The position numbers and the translations under genes were made by a program. The notes under the pieces were generated by a model that was not told the origin of the DNA, made no database searches, and worked only from the letters and a program-made list of their open reading frames with translations. 64,000 bases of DNA from Syntrophales bacterium (GTDB lineage: Bacteria > Desulfobacterota > Syntrophia > Syntrophales > UBA6109): the NCBI GenBank assembly GCA_035366835.1, contig DAOSIS010000020.1, positions 3,552-67,551 of the forward strand. Reading direction: 5' to 3'. Of this stretch, positions 11,412-21,781 are shown one piece after another. Position 1 is the stretch's first letter; each line of letters opens with the position of its first letter.

Positions 11412-12608
11412 ATGGTGAAACTGGCATCTCGAATCTCCACAATCAAACCCTCGGCGACGCTGGCGATCACGGCCAAGGCCAACGCCTTGCGGGCGCAGGG
11501 AAGAGACGTTGTCGGATTCGGTGCGGGCGAGCCTGATTTCGATACGCCCGCCAACATCAAGGCGGCGGCGGTCAAGGCGCTGGAGGCGGGATTCACGAAA
11601 TACACCGCCGTCGGCGGCATCGACGAACTCAAGGATGCGATCATCGGAAAATTCCGCCGCGACAGCGGTCTCGAATACAAGAGGTCCCAGGTCGCCGTCT
11701 CCTGCGGGGCCAAACACACCCTCTACAATCTTGCCCAGGTCCTGTTTGAAGAGGGGGACGAGGTGATCATCCCCTCACCCTACTGGGTGTCCTATCCGGA
11801 CATCGTCATCCTGACGGGCGCCAAACCCGTGATCGTCACGACGCGGGAGGAGGACGGCTTCAAGATGTCGCCGGCGCAACTGGAGGGGGCGCTGACCGCC
11901 CGGACAAAGGCGGTCGTCATCAACAGCCCCTCGAATCCCGCCGGGGTGACCTACAGCCGCGAGGAGTTGAAGGCCCTGGCCGACGTCCTCGCCAGGCGGG
12001 ACGTCCTCGTCATCTCCGACGACATCTATGAGAAGATTCTCTATGACGGTCTGACCTTTCATACGATGGCCTCAACCGATCCGGCCATGAAGGACCGCAC
12101 CGTCACCGTGAACGGCGTCTCGAAGGCATACGCGATGACGGGCTGGCGCATCGGGTATGCGGCGGGGCCCGACGTCGTCATCAAGGCGCTCACGAAGCTG
12201 CAGAGCCAGAACACGTCGAACCCGACGTCCATCGCCCAGAAGGCGGCCGTCGAGGCGCTGAACGGCTCCCAGGAAAGCGTTGCGCGCATGGGCGCGGAGT
12301 TCCAGAAGCGGCGCGACGTGATCGTGGCGGGATTGGACAGCATTCCCGGGATCCGCTGCATGAAGCCGCAGGGCGCCTTTTACGTCTTCCCGAATGTCTC
12401 CGCGCTCTACGGGAAGCGCTTCGGCGGGAAAGTGCTGGAGGGATCGACATCTTTTGCGGCGTTTCTCCTGGATGCCGTCGACGTGGCGGTCGTCCCGGGC
12501 GTGGAGTTCGGCCACGACGCCAACATCCGCCTTTCCTATGCCACGTCCATGAAGAATATCGAAGAAGGGATCAAGAGGATCCGCAGGGCCGTGGAAAAAC
12601 TCGGCTGA
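11412..12608 (+). CDS. Class I PLP aminotransferase (aspartate aminotransferase family)
   Basis: GFGAGEPDFDTP, INSPSNPAGV and NGVSKAYAMTGWRIGY (the PLP lysine) are class I aminotransferase motifs. Confidence 0.9.
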   Translation: MVKLASRISTIKPSATLAITAKANALRAQGRDVVGFGAGEPDFDTPANIKAAAVKALEAGFTKYTAVGGIDELKDAIIGKFRRDSGLEYKRSQVAVSCGAKHTLYNLAQVLFEEGDEVIIPSPYWVSYPDIVILTGAKPVIVTTREEDGFKMSPAQLEGALTARTKAVVINSPSNPAGVTYSREELKALADVLARRDVLVISDDIYEKILYDGLTFHTMASTDPAMKDRTVTVNGVSKAYAMTGWRIGYAAGPDVVIKALTKLQSQNTSNPTSIAQKAAVEALNGSQESVARMGAEFQKRRDVIVAGLDSIPGIRCMKPQGAFYVFPNVSALYGKRFGGKVLEGSTSFAAFLLDAVDVAVVPGVEFGHDANIRLSYATSMKNIEEGIKRIRRAVEKLG

Positions 12609-12634
12609 GCGGACTTCCGGAAGGAGCACGGAGC

Positions 12635-14038
12635 ATGGGGGGGTTGTTCGGCGTCGTCGGACGCGAGAATTGCGCGAAGACCCTGTTCTACGGGACGGAT
12701 TATCATTCGCATCTGGGTACGGAAAACGCCGGGCTCGCCGTTTGGGGAAGCGGCGGCTTCTACAACACCATCCACAGCATCAGCCAGTCGCAGTTCAAGT
12801 CCCGGTTCGTCGACGACTACCGGCAGATGCAGGGAACCATGGGGATCGGCGCGATCGACGACGAATGGCCGCAGCCGCTGATCATCCGGTCGAAATTCGG
12901 CACCTACGCCATCGCCGCGACGGGGCTGGTGAACAACAAGGCGAAGCTCGTCGAGGGCGTGCTGGCGGAAGGCGGCACCTTTTCCGAAATCGAGGGCGGC
13001 GGCGTCAATACCGTCGAGCTCGTCGCCAAACTCATCAACCGCTGCGACACGCTCGTCGGCGGGATCGAAAAAACGCTGGAGGCCATCGACGGTTCGATCT
13101 GCCTCCTGCTCCTGACGCCCGATGGGATCTATGCGGCGCGGGACCGCTACGGGCGCTTTGCGCTGGCGCTGGGCATGGGGAACGGTACCGGCGGAGGCGG
13201 GCTCGTCGTGGCGTCGGAGGCGAGTTCCTTCCCCAATCTGGGCTTCACCATCCTCCGGGGCGTCGGCCCGGGCGAGATCGTTCTCCTGACGAAGGACGGC
13301 CTCAAGGAGCTGAGGACTTCGCGCGAGACGAAGCGGGTGTGCGCCTTTCTCTGGATCTACACCGGCGATCCGGCCTCCCAGTACGAAGGGATTCACGTCG
13401 AGACGGCGCGGGAACGTTGCGGACGTGCTCTGGCCCGCCACGACTCGATCGAGGCGGATTTCGTCACCGGTGTCCCCGATTCGGGCGTGGGGCACGCCAT
13501 CGGATACGCGATGGAATCGGGCATTCCGTACCGGCGCCCGCTGGTCAAGTACACCTCCGGCTACGGCAGAAGCTACACCCCGCCGTCGCAGGATATCCGT
13601 GACCTCGTGGCGACGATGAAGCTCAATGCCATTCGGGACGTCATTTCCGGGAAGCGGATGATCGTCTGCGACGACTCCATCGTGCGGGGCACGCAGCTGC
13701 GCAATTACACGATCAAGAAGCTCTGGGACGGCGGCGCAAAGGAGATCCATGTCCGCCCCGCCTGCCCGCCGCTCATGTATCCCTGCCGGTTTGCCGTGTC
13801 GACGAGGTCGGTTGCGGAGCTGGCGTGCCGCCGCGCAATCCGCGCCATCGAGGGCGCCGACATCGAGAACATCGATGCCTATCTGGATCACCGCACGGAG
13901 AAGTATGCGCAGATGATCGAATGGATCCGCCGAGATCTGAACGTGACTTCGCTGCAATACCAGCGGATCGAGGATATGATCGAAGCCATCGGTCTGGCGG
14001 AAGAACAGCTCTGCCTCTATTGTTGGCGCGGCTGCTGA
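12635..14038 (+). CDS. PurF-like amidophosphoribosyltransferase paralogue lacking the N-terminal Cys nucleophile
   Basis: The layout is Ntn-GATase-like plus a PRTase domain. RMIVCDDSIVRGTQLR is the PRPP loop, and the C-terminus carries Cys residues (CLYCWRGC). The N-terminus reads MGGLFGVV rather than the canonical MCG. Confidence 0.85.
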   Translation: MGGLFGVVGRENCAKTLFYGTDYHSHLGTENAGLAVWGSGGFYNTIHSISQSQFKSRFVDDYRQMQGTMGIGAIDDEWPQPLIIRSKFGTYAIAATGLVNNKAKLVEGVLAEGGTFSEIEGGGVNTVELVAKLINRCDTLVGGIEKTLEAIDGSICLLLLTPDGIYAARDRYGRFALALGMGNGTGGGGLVVASEASSFPNLGFTILRGVGPGEIVLLTKDGLKELRTSRETKRVCAFLWIYTGDPASQYEGIHVETARERCGRALARHDSIEADFVTGVPDSGVGHAIGYAMESGIPYRRPLVKYTSGYGRSYTPPSQDIRDLVATMKLNAIRDVISGKRMIVCDDSIVRGTQLRNYTIKKLWDGGAKEIHVRPACPPLMYPCRFAVSTRSVAELACRRAIRAIEGADIENIDAYLDHRTEKYAQMIEWIRRDLNVTSLQYQRIEDMIEAIGLAEEQLCLYCWRGC

Positions 14039-14134
14039 ACGTCCTGCCTGCATCGGGTTTTTCGGAAAGGTCCTTGTCCTCCTGACGATCGTGGATTTTC
14101 TGACAAAGGGGGAACCGTTTCCGGGGCATGTATT

Positions 14135-15214
14135 TTGAAAGAGATCGGCAAACGCAGGAAGACGAAAACGATTTTTGTGGGGAAGGTTCCCGTCGGGGGC
14201 GGGGCTCCGCTCGCCCTCCAGTCCATGACCTGCACGGATACGAGGGATGTGCGCGCGACGGTCGCCCAGATCCGCGAACTGGAGGAGGCGGGTTGTGAGC
14301 TGGTCCGCGTCGCCGTACCCGACGGCGACGCGGCGGAAGCGCTCGGGTCCATCAAGCGGCAGATCTCCATTCCCCTGATCGCCGACATCCATTTCAATTT
14401 CCGTCTGGCGCTGGAGGCGATCCGGCAGGGAGCGGACGGAATCCGCATCAACCCCGGCAACATGAAGCGCGACGGCCTGCGCAAGATCGTCGCGGCGGCC
14501 CTGCCTGCGGGCACGGCCATCCGGATCGGCATCAACGCGGGTTCGCTGGAGAAGGACATCCTGCGCAAGCACGGCCGGCCGACCGCGGCCGCGCTCGTGG
14601 AGAGCGCCCTCCGCAGTCTGGTCTTTTTCGAGGAGATGGGCGCGGAATCCCTGAAGCTTTCCATCAAGTCATCGGACGTTCCGACCATGATCGAATCCTA
14701 CCGCCTCGTCTCGAGGCGGACGCGCTGGCCGCTGCACCTGGGCGTCACGGAGGCCGGCACGATCCTGCACGCGGCCGTCAAGTCGTCGATCGGGATCGGC
14801 GTCCTTCTGGCGGAAGGGATCGGCGACACGCTCCGCGTGTCGGTGACGGGCCATCCCTGCGAGGAAATCCGCCTGGCCTGGGAGATCCTCGGGGCGTTGA
14901 AGCTGCGCAGGAGGGGCCCGGAGATCATTTCCTGCCCGACCTGCGGGCGCTGCGAAATCGACCTCTTCCGCCTGGCGGAGGATGTGGAGAAGCGGCTCGC
15001 CGGGCTGCAGGAACCCCTGAGGATCGCGCTCATGGGCTGCGTCGTCAACGGCCCGGGGGAGGCCGCCGAGGCCGATGTCGGTATCGCCGGCGGCAGGGGC
15101 CTCGGCCTGCTCTTCCGTCGCGGCAAGCCCGTCCGGAAGGTTCGGGAGGCTGATTTCGCGGAGGCGCTGATGCGCGAGATTGCGAAGATGACAAAAGACA
15201 AGAAGGAGACGTGA
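14135..15214 (+). CDS. ispG: 4-hydroxy-3-methylbut-2-enyl diphosphate synthase
   Basis: [24 protein letters not shown] and GCVVNGPGE are IspG motifs. The start appears to be TTG at 14135. Confidence 0.94.
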   Translation: MKEIGKRRKTKTIFVGKVPVGGGAPLALQSMTCTDTRDVRATVAQIRELEEAGCELVRVAVPDGDAAEALGSIKRQISIPLIADIHFNFRLALEAIRQGADGIRINPGNMKRDGLRKIVAAALPAGTAIRIGINAGSLEKDILRKHGRPTAAALVESALRSLVFFEEMGAESLKLSIKSSDVPTMIESYRLVSRRTRWPLHLGVTEAGTILHAAVKSSIGIGVLLAEGIGDTLRVSVTGHPCEEIRLAWEILGALKLRRRGPEIISCPTCGRCEIDLFRLAEDVEKRLAGLQEPLRIALMGCVVNGPGEAAEADVGIAGGRGLGLLFRRGKPVRKVREADFAEALMREIAKMTKDKKET

Positions 15215-16932
15215 TGCAATATTCCCAATTGTTTCTGCCCACAACACGGGAGATTCCCTCCGATGCGGAGATTGTCAGCCACCAGCTGATGCTTCGGGCA
15301 GGGATGATCCGCAAGCTGACGAGCGGCATCTATTCCTACCTGCCGCTGGGATACCGGGTGATCCGCAAACTGGAGCAGATCGTCCGCGAAGAGATGAACC
15401 GGGCCGGCGCGCAGGAGGTGTTCCTGCCCACCGTGCAGCCGGCCGAGCTCTGGCGCGAATCCGGCCGGTGGCAGCACTACGGCAGGGAACTGCTCCGCTT
15501 CAGGGACCGGCACGAGCGGGAGTACTGCCTGGGGCCCACGCACGAAGAGGTGATCACCGATCTCGTGCGCAACGAAATCAAGACCTACCGGCAGCTTCCC
15601 CGCAACCTCTATCAGATTCAGACGAAATTCCGCGACGAGATCCGGCCCCGCTTCGGGGTGATGCGATGCCGAGAATTCGGGATGAAGGACGCGTACAGTT
15701 TCGATGCGGACGAGCCGGGTGCCGAGGTCAGCTACGGCAGGATGTTCGAGGCCTATTGCCGGATCTTTGCGCGCTGCGGCCTGCGGTACCGCGCCGTAGA
15801 GGCGGACTCGGGCAATATCGGCGGCAGCTTTTCCCACGAATTCATGGTGATGGCCGATTCGGGCGAGGACGCTGTCGTCTTCTGTGAGGGCTGCGACTAC
15901 GCGGCGAATCTCGAGAAGGCGGAGATCGCCAAGCCGGAGGCTCGAAAGATCGACTCGGCACGCTTTCTGCCCCGGGAGGAAGTCGAGACGCCCGACGTAA
16001 AGACGATCGAGGAGGTCTGCCGGTTTCTGTCGGTGAAGCCCGAAGAGATCGTCAAGACGCTCGTCTTCAGCGCCGACGGTATGCCGGTGGCCGTCCTCGT
16101 GCGCGGGGACCACGAGGTCAACGAAGCCAAGGTGAGAAACTACCTGGGGTGCGATTCCCTGGAGCTGGCGGACGACGACACGATCCTGAAGGTCACCGGC
16201 TCTCCGCGCGGATTCGCCGGTGCGATCGGCATCCGGGCGCGGCTGATCGCCGACCACGCGCTCCTGAACATGACGAATTTCGTCATGGGGGCCAACCGCC
16301 GGGACACCCATGTCCGGAACGTCAACATGGGACGCGATTTCCCGCTGAGGGAGTTCGCCGATCTCCGGACGGCCAAGCCCGGTGACGCGTGCGCCCGATG
16401 CGGCAAACCGATGCAGTTCGCGCGGGGCATCGAGGTGGGGCACGTCTTCAAGCTCGGGACCAAGTACAGCAAGGCGATGCGCGCCCTCTTCCTCGACCGG
16501 GAGGGCAGGGAGCAGCCCATGATCATGGGCTGCTACGGCATCGGCATCGGGCGGACGGTCGCGGCCTGCATCGAGCAGAACCACGACGAGGCCGGGATTG
16601 TCTGGCCCATGGCGCTTGCCCCCTATACCGTCATCATCACGCCGGTGAACGTCAAGGACGAAAAGCTTTTCCAGGCCTCGCAGAGGCTATACGACCATCT
16701 TTCCGAAAGAGGCTTCGAGGTGCTCCTCGACGACCGCGACGAGCGCGCCGGGGTGAAGTTCATGGATGCCGACCTGATCGGCGTTCCCCTGCGGATCACG
16801 GTGGGGCCGAAACGCGTCGCCGAAGGCAAGGTGGAGATCAAATCCCGCAAGTCCGGAGAGGTGTCGGTAGTGGCCCTGGATGAGCGGGAAGTCGAAACCT
16901 TCCTCCGCGAGCGCATCAGCAAGGAAATGTAG
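15214..16932 (+). CDS. proS: Prolyl-tRNA synthetase
   Basis: [30 protein letters not shown] is the ProS N-terminus, and class II motifs plus an INS editing domain are present. ATG 15214 overlaps the ispG TGA by 1 nt. The ORF track uses GTG 15211. Confidence 0.96.
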   Translation: MQYSQLFLPTTREIPSDAEIVSHQLMLRAGMIRKLTSGIYSYLPLGYRVIRKLEQIVREEMNRAGAQEVFLPTVQPAELWRESGRWQHYGRELLRFRDRHEREYCLGPTHEEVITDLVRNEIKTYRQLPRNLYQIQTKFRDEIRPRFGVMRCREFGMKDAYSFDADEPGAEVSYGRMFEAYCRIFARCGLRYRAVEADSGNIGGSFSHEFMVMADSGEDAVVFCEGCDYAANLEKAEIAKPEARKIDSARFLPREEVETPDVKTIEEVCRFLSVKPEEIVKTLVFSADGMPVAVLVRGDHEVNEAKVRNYLGCDSLELADDDTILKVTGSPRGFAGAIGIRARLIADHALLNMTNFVMGANRRDTHVRNVNMGRDFPLREFADLRTAKPGDACARCGKPMQFARGIEVGHVFKLGTKYSKAMRALFLDREGREQPMIMGCYGIGIGRTVAACIEQNHDEAGIVWPMALAPYTVIITPVNVKDEKLFQASQRLYDHLSERGFEVLLDDRDERAGVKFMDADLIGVPLRITVGPKRVAEGKVEIKSRKSGEVSVVALDEREVETFLRERISKEM

Positions 16933-16937
16933 CCTGC

Positions 16938-19094
16938 ATGCTGCGGATCAATGACATCCTCGACAAGGCTGCCGCTTATCTGCCTCCGAAGGACCTGGAG
17001 ATGATCGAAAAGGCCTATGTCTTTTCGGCGACCGTCCACCAGGGCCAGGTGCGGCTTTCCGGAGAGCCCTACCTGACGCATCCGATGGAGGTTGCGGGGA
17101 TCCTCGTCGACATGAAAATGGATGCCGCGACCATTATCACGGGACTTCTGCACGATACCGTGGAGGACACGCTGACCACGGCCAAACAGATCCGGGAGGG
17201 GTTCGGCAAGGATGTCGCCTTCCTCGTCGAGGGGCTCACGAAAATCGGCAAGATCACCTTCGCCAGCCAAGAGGAGCGCCAGGCTGAAAATTTCCGCAAG
17301 ATGATGCTGGCCATGTCCTCGGACATCCGCATCCTCCTGGTGCGCCTGGCGGACCGCATCCACAACATGCGGACGCTTCAGTTCCAGCCGGAAGAGCGAC
17401 AGCGCTATATCGCCAAGGAGACGCTCGAACTCTACGCGCCGCTCGCGAACCGGCTCGGCATCAACTGGATGAAGGTCGAACTCGAGGACCTGTCCTTCCG
17501 CTACCTGGACTATTCCGCCTACAACGACCTGGCCAAGCGCGTGATGAAGTCGCGCGAGAAGCGCGCGGCCTACACGAAAGAGGTGAAGGGGATCATCCAG
17601 GCCGAGATGCACCGGAACGAGATCGTCGGCCAGGTCGAGGGGCGGGCGAAGCACTTCTTCAGCATCTACACGAAAATGAAAGAGCAGCACCTGAATTTCG
17701 ACGAAGTCTACGACCTCACCGCCTTCCGGATCATCCTCGCCTCTAACGAGGAAAAGAAGTGCTACGAGGCGCTCAGCATGGTCCATGCCCTGTGGAAGCC
17801 CGTTCCCGGCCGTTTCAAGGATTACATCGCCATGCCGAAGGCCAACGGCTACCGGTCGCTTCACACGACGGTCATCGGCCCGTACGGGGAGCGGGTCGAG
17901 ATCCAGATCCGCACGCAGGAGATGCACGAATGGGCGGAGGAGGGGATTGCGGCGCACTGGCGATACAAGGAGGGCCGCGCGGCGGAAGGAGAGGAGGACC
18001 AGCAGATCAAACGGCTGCGGGAACTCCTGGAGTTCCAGCAGGACGCGAACACCCCCCGCGAATTCATGTCGAACCTCAAGATGGCGCTCTTCCCGGACGA
18101 AGTGTACGTATTCACCCCCACCGGCGACGTGCGGTCCTTCCCGAAGGGAGCGACCCCCATCGACTTCGCCTACAGCATCCACACCGACATCGGCAATTCC
18201 TGCATCGGCGCCAAGGTGAACCGCAACATCGTACCGCTCAAGTACCAGCTCCAGAACGGCGATACGGTGGAGATCATCACGCAGGCGGGACACCATCCGA
18301 GCAAGGACTGGCTGAAGATCGTCGTCACCCCCCGGGCCATCGGCAAGATCCGGCTCTGGGTGAAGACCGAGGAGCGCAACAAGAGCATCGCCCTGGGAAA
18401 AGACCTCCTGGAGAAGGAGTTCAAGAAGAACCATCTGAAGTTCAGCTCGATCGTCCGGTCCGAGGAGTTCAAGAAGGTCCTGGCGGAATTCAGCGTCGAA
18501 ACGCCGGATGATCTGATGGCCATTGTCGGCTACGGGAAGGTCTCCCCGAAACGCGTCGCCCATCATTTCCTGCCCGAGGAAGAACAGAAACCGGAGGAAG
18601 AGGCCGCGGAGAAGGCGAAGAAGAAGGGGAAAACGTCTTCAACGGTCGGCATTTCCATCACCGGCGTCGAGGACGTCCTCGTCCGGTTCGCGCACTGCTG
18701 CGATCCCATCCCCGGCGATGACATCGTCGGCTACATCTCCCGGGGCCGGGGCGTCACCATCCATACGCAAAACTGTCCCAGCATCCAGGACCTCGACCCC
18801 GAGCGGATCGTCGACGTGCAGTGGAACGTGAAGGAAAAGACGACCTATCCCGTCCATCTGCGAGTGGTCACAAAAGACAAGAAGGGACTTCTGGCCGATA
18901 TCAGCGCCGTCATTTCCTCGCTGGACATCAACATCTCCCACGCGGAAATCAATACCACCCCCGACCTCGAGGCGACGTCCGATTTCAACATCGAAGTGAA
19001 GGATCTGAAACAGTTCAGCGAGCTGACGGCGGCCCTGAAGAGGCTCAAAGGCGTGATCGCCGTTGAGAGAATCCGCAAGATCCGGACGTCATGA
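16938..19094 (+). CDS. rel: Bifunctional (p)ppGpp synthetase/hydrolase (Rel/SpoT family)
   Basis: The HD hydrolase motif is HPMEVAGIL...LLHDTVED. The synthetase motif is DYIAMPKANGYRSLHTTV. TGS and C-terminal ACT regions are present. Confidence 0.95.
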   Translation: MLRINDILDKAAAYLPPKDLEMIEKAYVFSATVHQGQVRLSGEPYLTHPMEVAGILVDMKMDAATIITGLLHDTVEDTLTTAKQIREGFGKDVAFLVEGLTKIGKITFASQEERQAENFRKMMLAMSSDIRILLVRLADRIHNMRTLQFQPEERQRYIAKETLELYAPLANRLGINWMKVELEDLSFRYLDYSAYNDLAKRVMKSREKRAAYTKEVKGIIQAEMHRNEIVGQVEGRAKHFFSIYTKMKEQHLNFDEVYDLTAFRIILASNEEKKCYEALSMVHALWKPVPGRFKDYIAMPKANGYRSLHTTVIGPYGERVEIQIRTQEMHEWAEEGIAAHWRYKEGRAAEGEEDQQIKRLRELLEFQQDANTPREFMSNLKMALFPDEVYVFTPTGDVRSFPKGATPIDFAYSIHTDIGNSCIGAKVNRNIVPLKYQLQNGDTVEIITQAGHHPSKDWLKIVVTPRAIGKIRLWVKTEERNKSIALGKDLLEKEFKKNHLKFSSIVRSEEFKKVLAEFSVETPDDLMAIVGYGKVSPKRVAHHFLPEEEQKPEEEAAEKAKKKGKTSSTVGISITGVEDVLVRFAHCCDPIPGDDIVGYISRGRGVTIHTQNCPSIQDLDPERIVDVQWNVKEKTTYPVHLRVVTKDKKGLLADISAVISSLDINISHAEINTTPDLEATSDFNIEVKDLKQFSELTAALKRLKGVIAVERIRKIRTS

Positions 19095-19098
19095 AGTG

Positions 19099-19128
19099 TT
19101 GACAGGCCGCGGGTCTTTGCAGTAGAGT
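19099..19128 (+). promoter_or_regulatory. Sigma70-like promoter candidate upstream of the amidase gene
   Basis: GTG-TTGACA-N18-TAGAGT lies 45 nt upstream of ATG 19173. Confidence 0.5.
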
Positions 19129-19172
19129 TCGCAGGCTTGCAGCGGCCGGGGAGCCCGGCGCAGAGGGAAGTG

Positions 19173-19919
19173 ATGAAGGGGAAAAACAGGCCGCGGTCGC
19201 GGAACCGCGCGGGAAAGACGGGTTTCACGGCGGTGTGCGCGGCGGCGCTGATGTTTGCGGTGCTCTGCGTCGGCTGGACATCGGTTGCGGTCCGGGAGGC
19301 GGTCGCAGCCGAACCTTCGGCGAGAGTCGTTGTGGTCGATCCCGCCCACGGGGGGAGCGATCCCGGTGTGAAACTGACGGACAAGCTGGCGGAGAAGAAC
19401 GTCACACTCGCCATCGCGAAGCTTCTTCAGAAGGACCTGGCATCCGCGCCGCGCCTGGCGGTGCGCCTGACGCGCTCCGACGACCGGGATCTTACGGCAG
19501 CGGAACGGGTCAAGACCGCCCGGGAGGCGAAAGCGGACCTCTTCCTGAGCCTGCACATCAACGCCGGTTTCGGCAGGACCGCCTCGGGTTATGAATTCTA
19601 TTTCCCGGGGTTTTCCGCAACGGCATCGGGATCGAACACCTCCGAGGACATCCTGAAGGACATGGCGAAGAACAAGCACCTCAACGACAGCGTGCGGTTC
19701 GCCCAGATCCTGCAGAAGAATCTGGAGGGCGTATTCCCCCGCAAAAGCCGCTGGCTCCGCGAGGCGCCGGTTCCGGTCCTGGAAGGGCTCGGGGTGCCCG
19801 CCGTCGTTCTGGAGCTCGGCTTTGCGACGAACACGGACGACCGAAAGCGGATCACCTCCGAGGAGACCTGGAAGGCGATCGCCCGGGCGCTGGCGAAGAG
19901 CTTCAGGGAATCTTTCTGA
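19173..19919 (+). CDS. N-acetylmuramoyl-L-alanine amidase (Amidase_3 family)
   Basis: An N-terminal signal/anchor is followed by [14 protein letters not shown] and FLSLHINA. I chose ATG 19173, which follows GAGGGAAG. The ORF-track TTG at 19137 would fall within the promoter candidate. Confidence 0.85.
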   Translation: MKGKNRPRSRNRAGKTGFTAVCAAALMFAVLCVGWTSVAVREAVAAEPSARVVVVDPAHGGSDPGVKLTDKLAEKNVTLAIAKLLQKDLASAPRLAVRLTRSDDRDLTAAERVKTAREAKADLFLSLHINAGFGRTASGYEFYFPGFSATASGSNTSEDILKDMAKNKHLNDSVRFAQILQKNLEGVFPRKSRWLREAPVPVLEGLGVPAVVLELGFATNTDDRKRITSEETWKAIARALAKSFRESF

Positions 19920-19960
19920 TTATCCGGTGGACCTATCCCAGCAGACGAAGTGGGGAACCG

Positions 19961-20686
19961 ATGGCAAGATCGAATGACCGCGGCGCGGAGGAGCTTCGGC
20001 CGATCCGCATTACGACGGACTATCTGAAATTCGCGGAAGGCTCCGCGCTGATCGAGATGGGCGACACCAAGGTCCTCTGCAGCGCGTCGATTGAGGACAA
20101 ACTGCCCTCCTTTCTGAAGAACTCCGGGAGGGGATGGCTCACCGCGGAATACGCCATGCTTCCCGCCTCTACCTCCACACGCGCGGCGCGCGAATCGACG
20201 ATCGGGCGGCTCGGCGGCAGGACCCACGAGATCCAGCGTCTCATCGGCCGGTCGCTGCGGGCCGTGACGGACCTCACCACCTTCGGCGAACGGACGGTTA
20301 CGATCGATTGCGACGTGATCCAGGCGGATGGCGGCACGCGGACGGCCGCGGTTACGGGCGGCTTCATCGCGCTGGCCGGACTGTTCCGCCGGCAGAAGGA
20401 GAAGGGGGTGATCGACCGGATCCCGCTGCGGGATTACGTATCCGCCGTCAGCGTGGGACTGGTCAACGGGCAGGTGCTGCTGGACCTCGCCTATGGAGAG
20501 GATTCGCGTGCGGAAGTCGATATGAACTTCGTCATGACGGGAGACGGCAGGTTCATCGAAGTCCAGGGAACGGCCGAACGGAAGCCGTTCGACCGGGGAC
20601 TCATGCAGGCGATGACGAATGTGGCCGTGAAGGGTATCGGGGAACTGATCCGCGTCCAGCGGTCGATCCTCGGAGGGACGCTGTGA
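19961..20686 (+). CDS. rph: Ribonuclease PH
   Basis: GRAxDELRPI-type N-terminus, [15 protein letters not shown] and [15 protein letters not shown] are RNase PH motifs. Confidence 0.96.
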   Translation: MARSNDRGAEELRPIRITTDYLKFAEGSALIEMGDTKVLCSASIEDKLPSFLKNSGRGWLTAEYAMLPASTSTRAARESTIGRLGGRTHEIQRLIGRSLRAVTDLTTFGERTVTIDCDVIQADGGTRTAAVTGGFIALAGLFRRQKEKGVIDRIPLRDYVSAVSVGLVNGQVLLDLAYGEDSRAEVDMNFVMTGDGRFIEVQGTAERKPFDRGLMQAMTNVAVKGIGELIRVQRSILGGTL

Positions 20687-21297
20687 AGAAGATCGTCCTC
20701 GCGACGACCAACCGCGGGAAGCTCCGGGAGATCGAGGCGCTGTTGAGCGGGCTGGAAATCGCCCTCGTGACCGTTGCCGACTACCAGGGCGTGCCCGCCG
20801 TCGTGGAAGACGGGGACAGTTTCTTCGCCAACGCCTTCAAGAAGGCGCGGGTCGTCTGCACGGCGACGGATGAAGCGGCGCTGGCCGATGATTCGGGACT
20901 TGAGGTCGATTTTCTGGGAGGGGCGCCGGGCATCCGCTCGGCGCGGTACGCAGGAGAGGATGCGACGGACGAAGAGAACAACCGCATGCTTCTGGACGCC
21001 CTGAAGGGCGTGCCGCGGGAAAAGAGGGGCTGTGCATTCCGCTGCGTCCTGGTTCTGTACCTCCCGAACGGGGAGTACATCACCTGCGAAGGGACCTGGC
21101 GCGGCGAAGTGGCGGAGACGCCGGCAGGCAGCGGGGGATTCGGATACGACCCCATCGTTTACCTGCCGGAGCGGGGCCTGACGGTGGCCCAGCTTCCGCC
21201 GCGGGAGAAGAACCGCCTGAGCCACCGGGCCAAGGCATTGGCGAAACTCCGGGAAGAACTCCTCAGGATGAAGTCGGGGCGTAGCGCAGCCTGGTAG
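20683..21297 (+). CDS. rdgB: dITP/XTP pyrophosphatase (Ham1/RdgB)
   Basis: [23 protein letters not shown] and SHRAKAL are RdgB motifs. GTG 20683 overlaps the rph stop. The last 23 nt of the ORF run into tRNA-Pro. Confidence 0.87.
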   Translation: MKKIVLATTNRGKLREIEALLSGLEIALVTVADYQGVPAVVEDGDSFFANAFKKARVVCTATDEAALADDSGLEVDFLGGAPGIRSARYAGEDATDEENNRMLLDALKGVPREKRGCAFRCVLVLYLPNGEYITCEGTWRGEVAETPAGSGGFGYDPIVYLPERGLTVAQLPPREKNRLSHRAKALAKLREELLRMKSGRSAAW

Positions 21298-21351
21298 CGC
21301 GCTTGCTTTGGGAGCAAGATGCCGCAGGTTCAAATCCTGCCGCCCCGACCA
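21275..21351 (+). tRNA. tRNA-Pro (anticodon TGG)
   Basis: Hand-folded cloverleaf. Acceptor stem is CGGGGCG/CGCCCCG. The D arm is GCGC-AGCCTGGTA-GCGC. The anticodon stem is CTTGC/GCAAG with loop TT-TGG-GA. The T arm is GCAGG-TTCAAAT-CCTGC. The CCA end is encoded. Confidence 0.93.
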
Positions 21352-21365
21352 ATCAAATCAAGCGG

Positions 21366-21608
21366 TTACGGTTTTCCCGTGACCGCTTTTTCTTTGGTGG
21401 GCGAGACTCCTGAGCGCGACTTTTCATTTTTTTTCTGCATCTCCTCGACCATGTGCATAGACGCGAACGATCATCTCGAGGCCTTGCGGCCGACGCACGC
21501 GGCGAGATCCATGATGTTCGCGCCAGCGGCCAAAGCGTGCGTGATATAGAAATGCCGAATGTCGTACAGACGGCCCCGCTTCTTGATGGCGGCAGCCGCG
21601 GGTTCGTG
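21366..21608 (-). pseudogene. Tyrosine recombinase (phage-type integrase) C-terminal remnant, frameshifted
   Basis: Minus-strand translation gives ...IKKRGRLYDIRHFYITHALAAGANIMDLAACVGRKASR*. This is box II with R-H. After frame shifts it continues ..GLEMIVRVYAH.. (the catalytic Tyr context) and ..MVEEMQKKNEKS... No N-terminal part is present. The remnant ends about 15 nt from the tRNA-Pro 3' end. Confidence 0.7.
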
Positions 21609-21781
21609 TCAACCGCTCTATCCCATGAGAAATGACCGATGAGGGCGGGAAGGGTTGTTGGATAAGCGCCAGCGTGACATCGATTCATTTGACGGACTGC
21701 CTTCACAGAGTCATCAATATATGTTAGCAAATGTCACATCTGTGCTGCTGTAATATTCCGAATAAAAAGCGGGAGTTCTGC

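Noticed and set aside
12536-18566. Very long antisense ORFs (678, 628 and 647 aa) opposite purF-like/ispG, proS and rel. Similar ORFs lie at 2969-4693, 37972-40188 and 40601-42004.
   Set aside because: These are typical high-G+C shadow ORFs. Their translations are Arg/Pro/Gly/Asp-rich with no motifs. The opposite-strand genes have unambiguous conserved signatures.
21353-21730. A 125-aa minus-strand ORF next to tRNA-Pro.
   Set aside because: It is an out-of-frame read through the integrase remnant. The integrase-like residues are spread over other frames, so the region is better described as a pseudogene.
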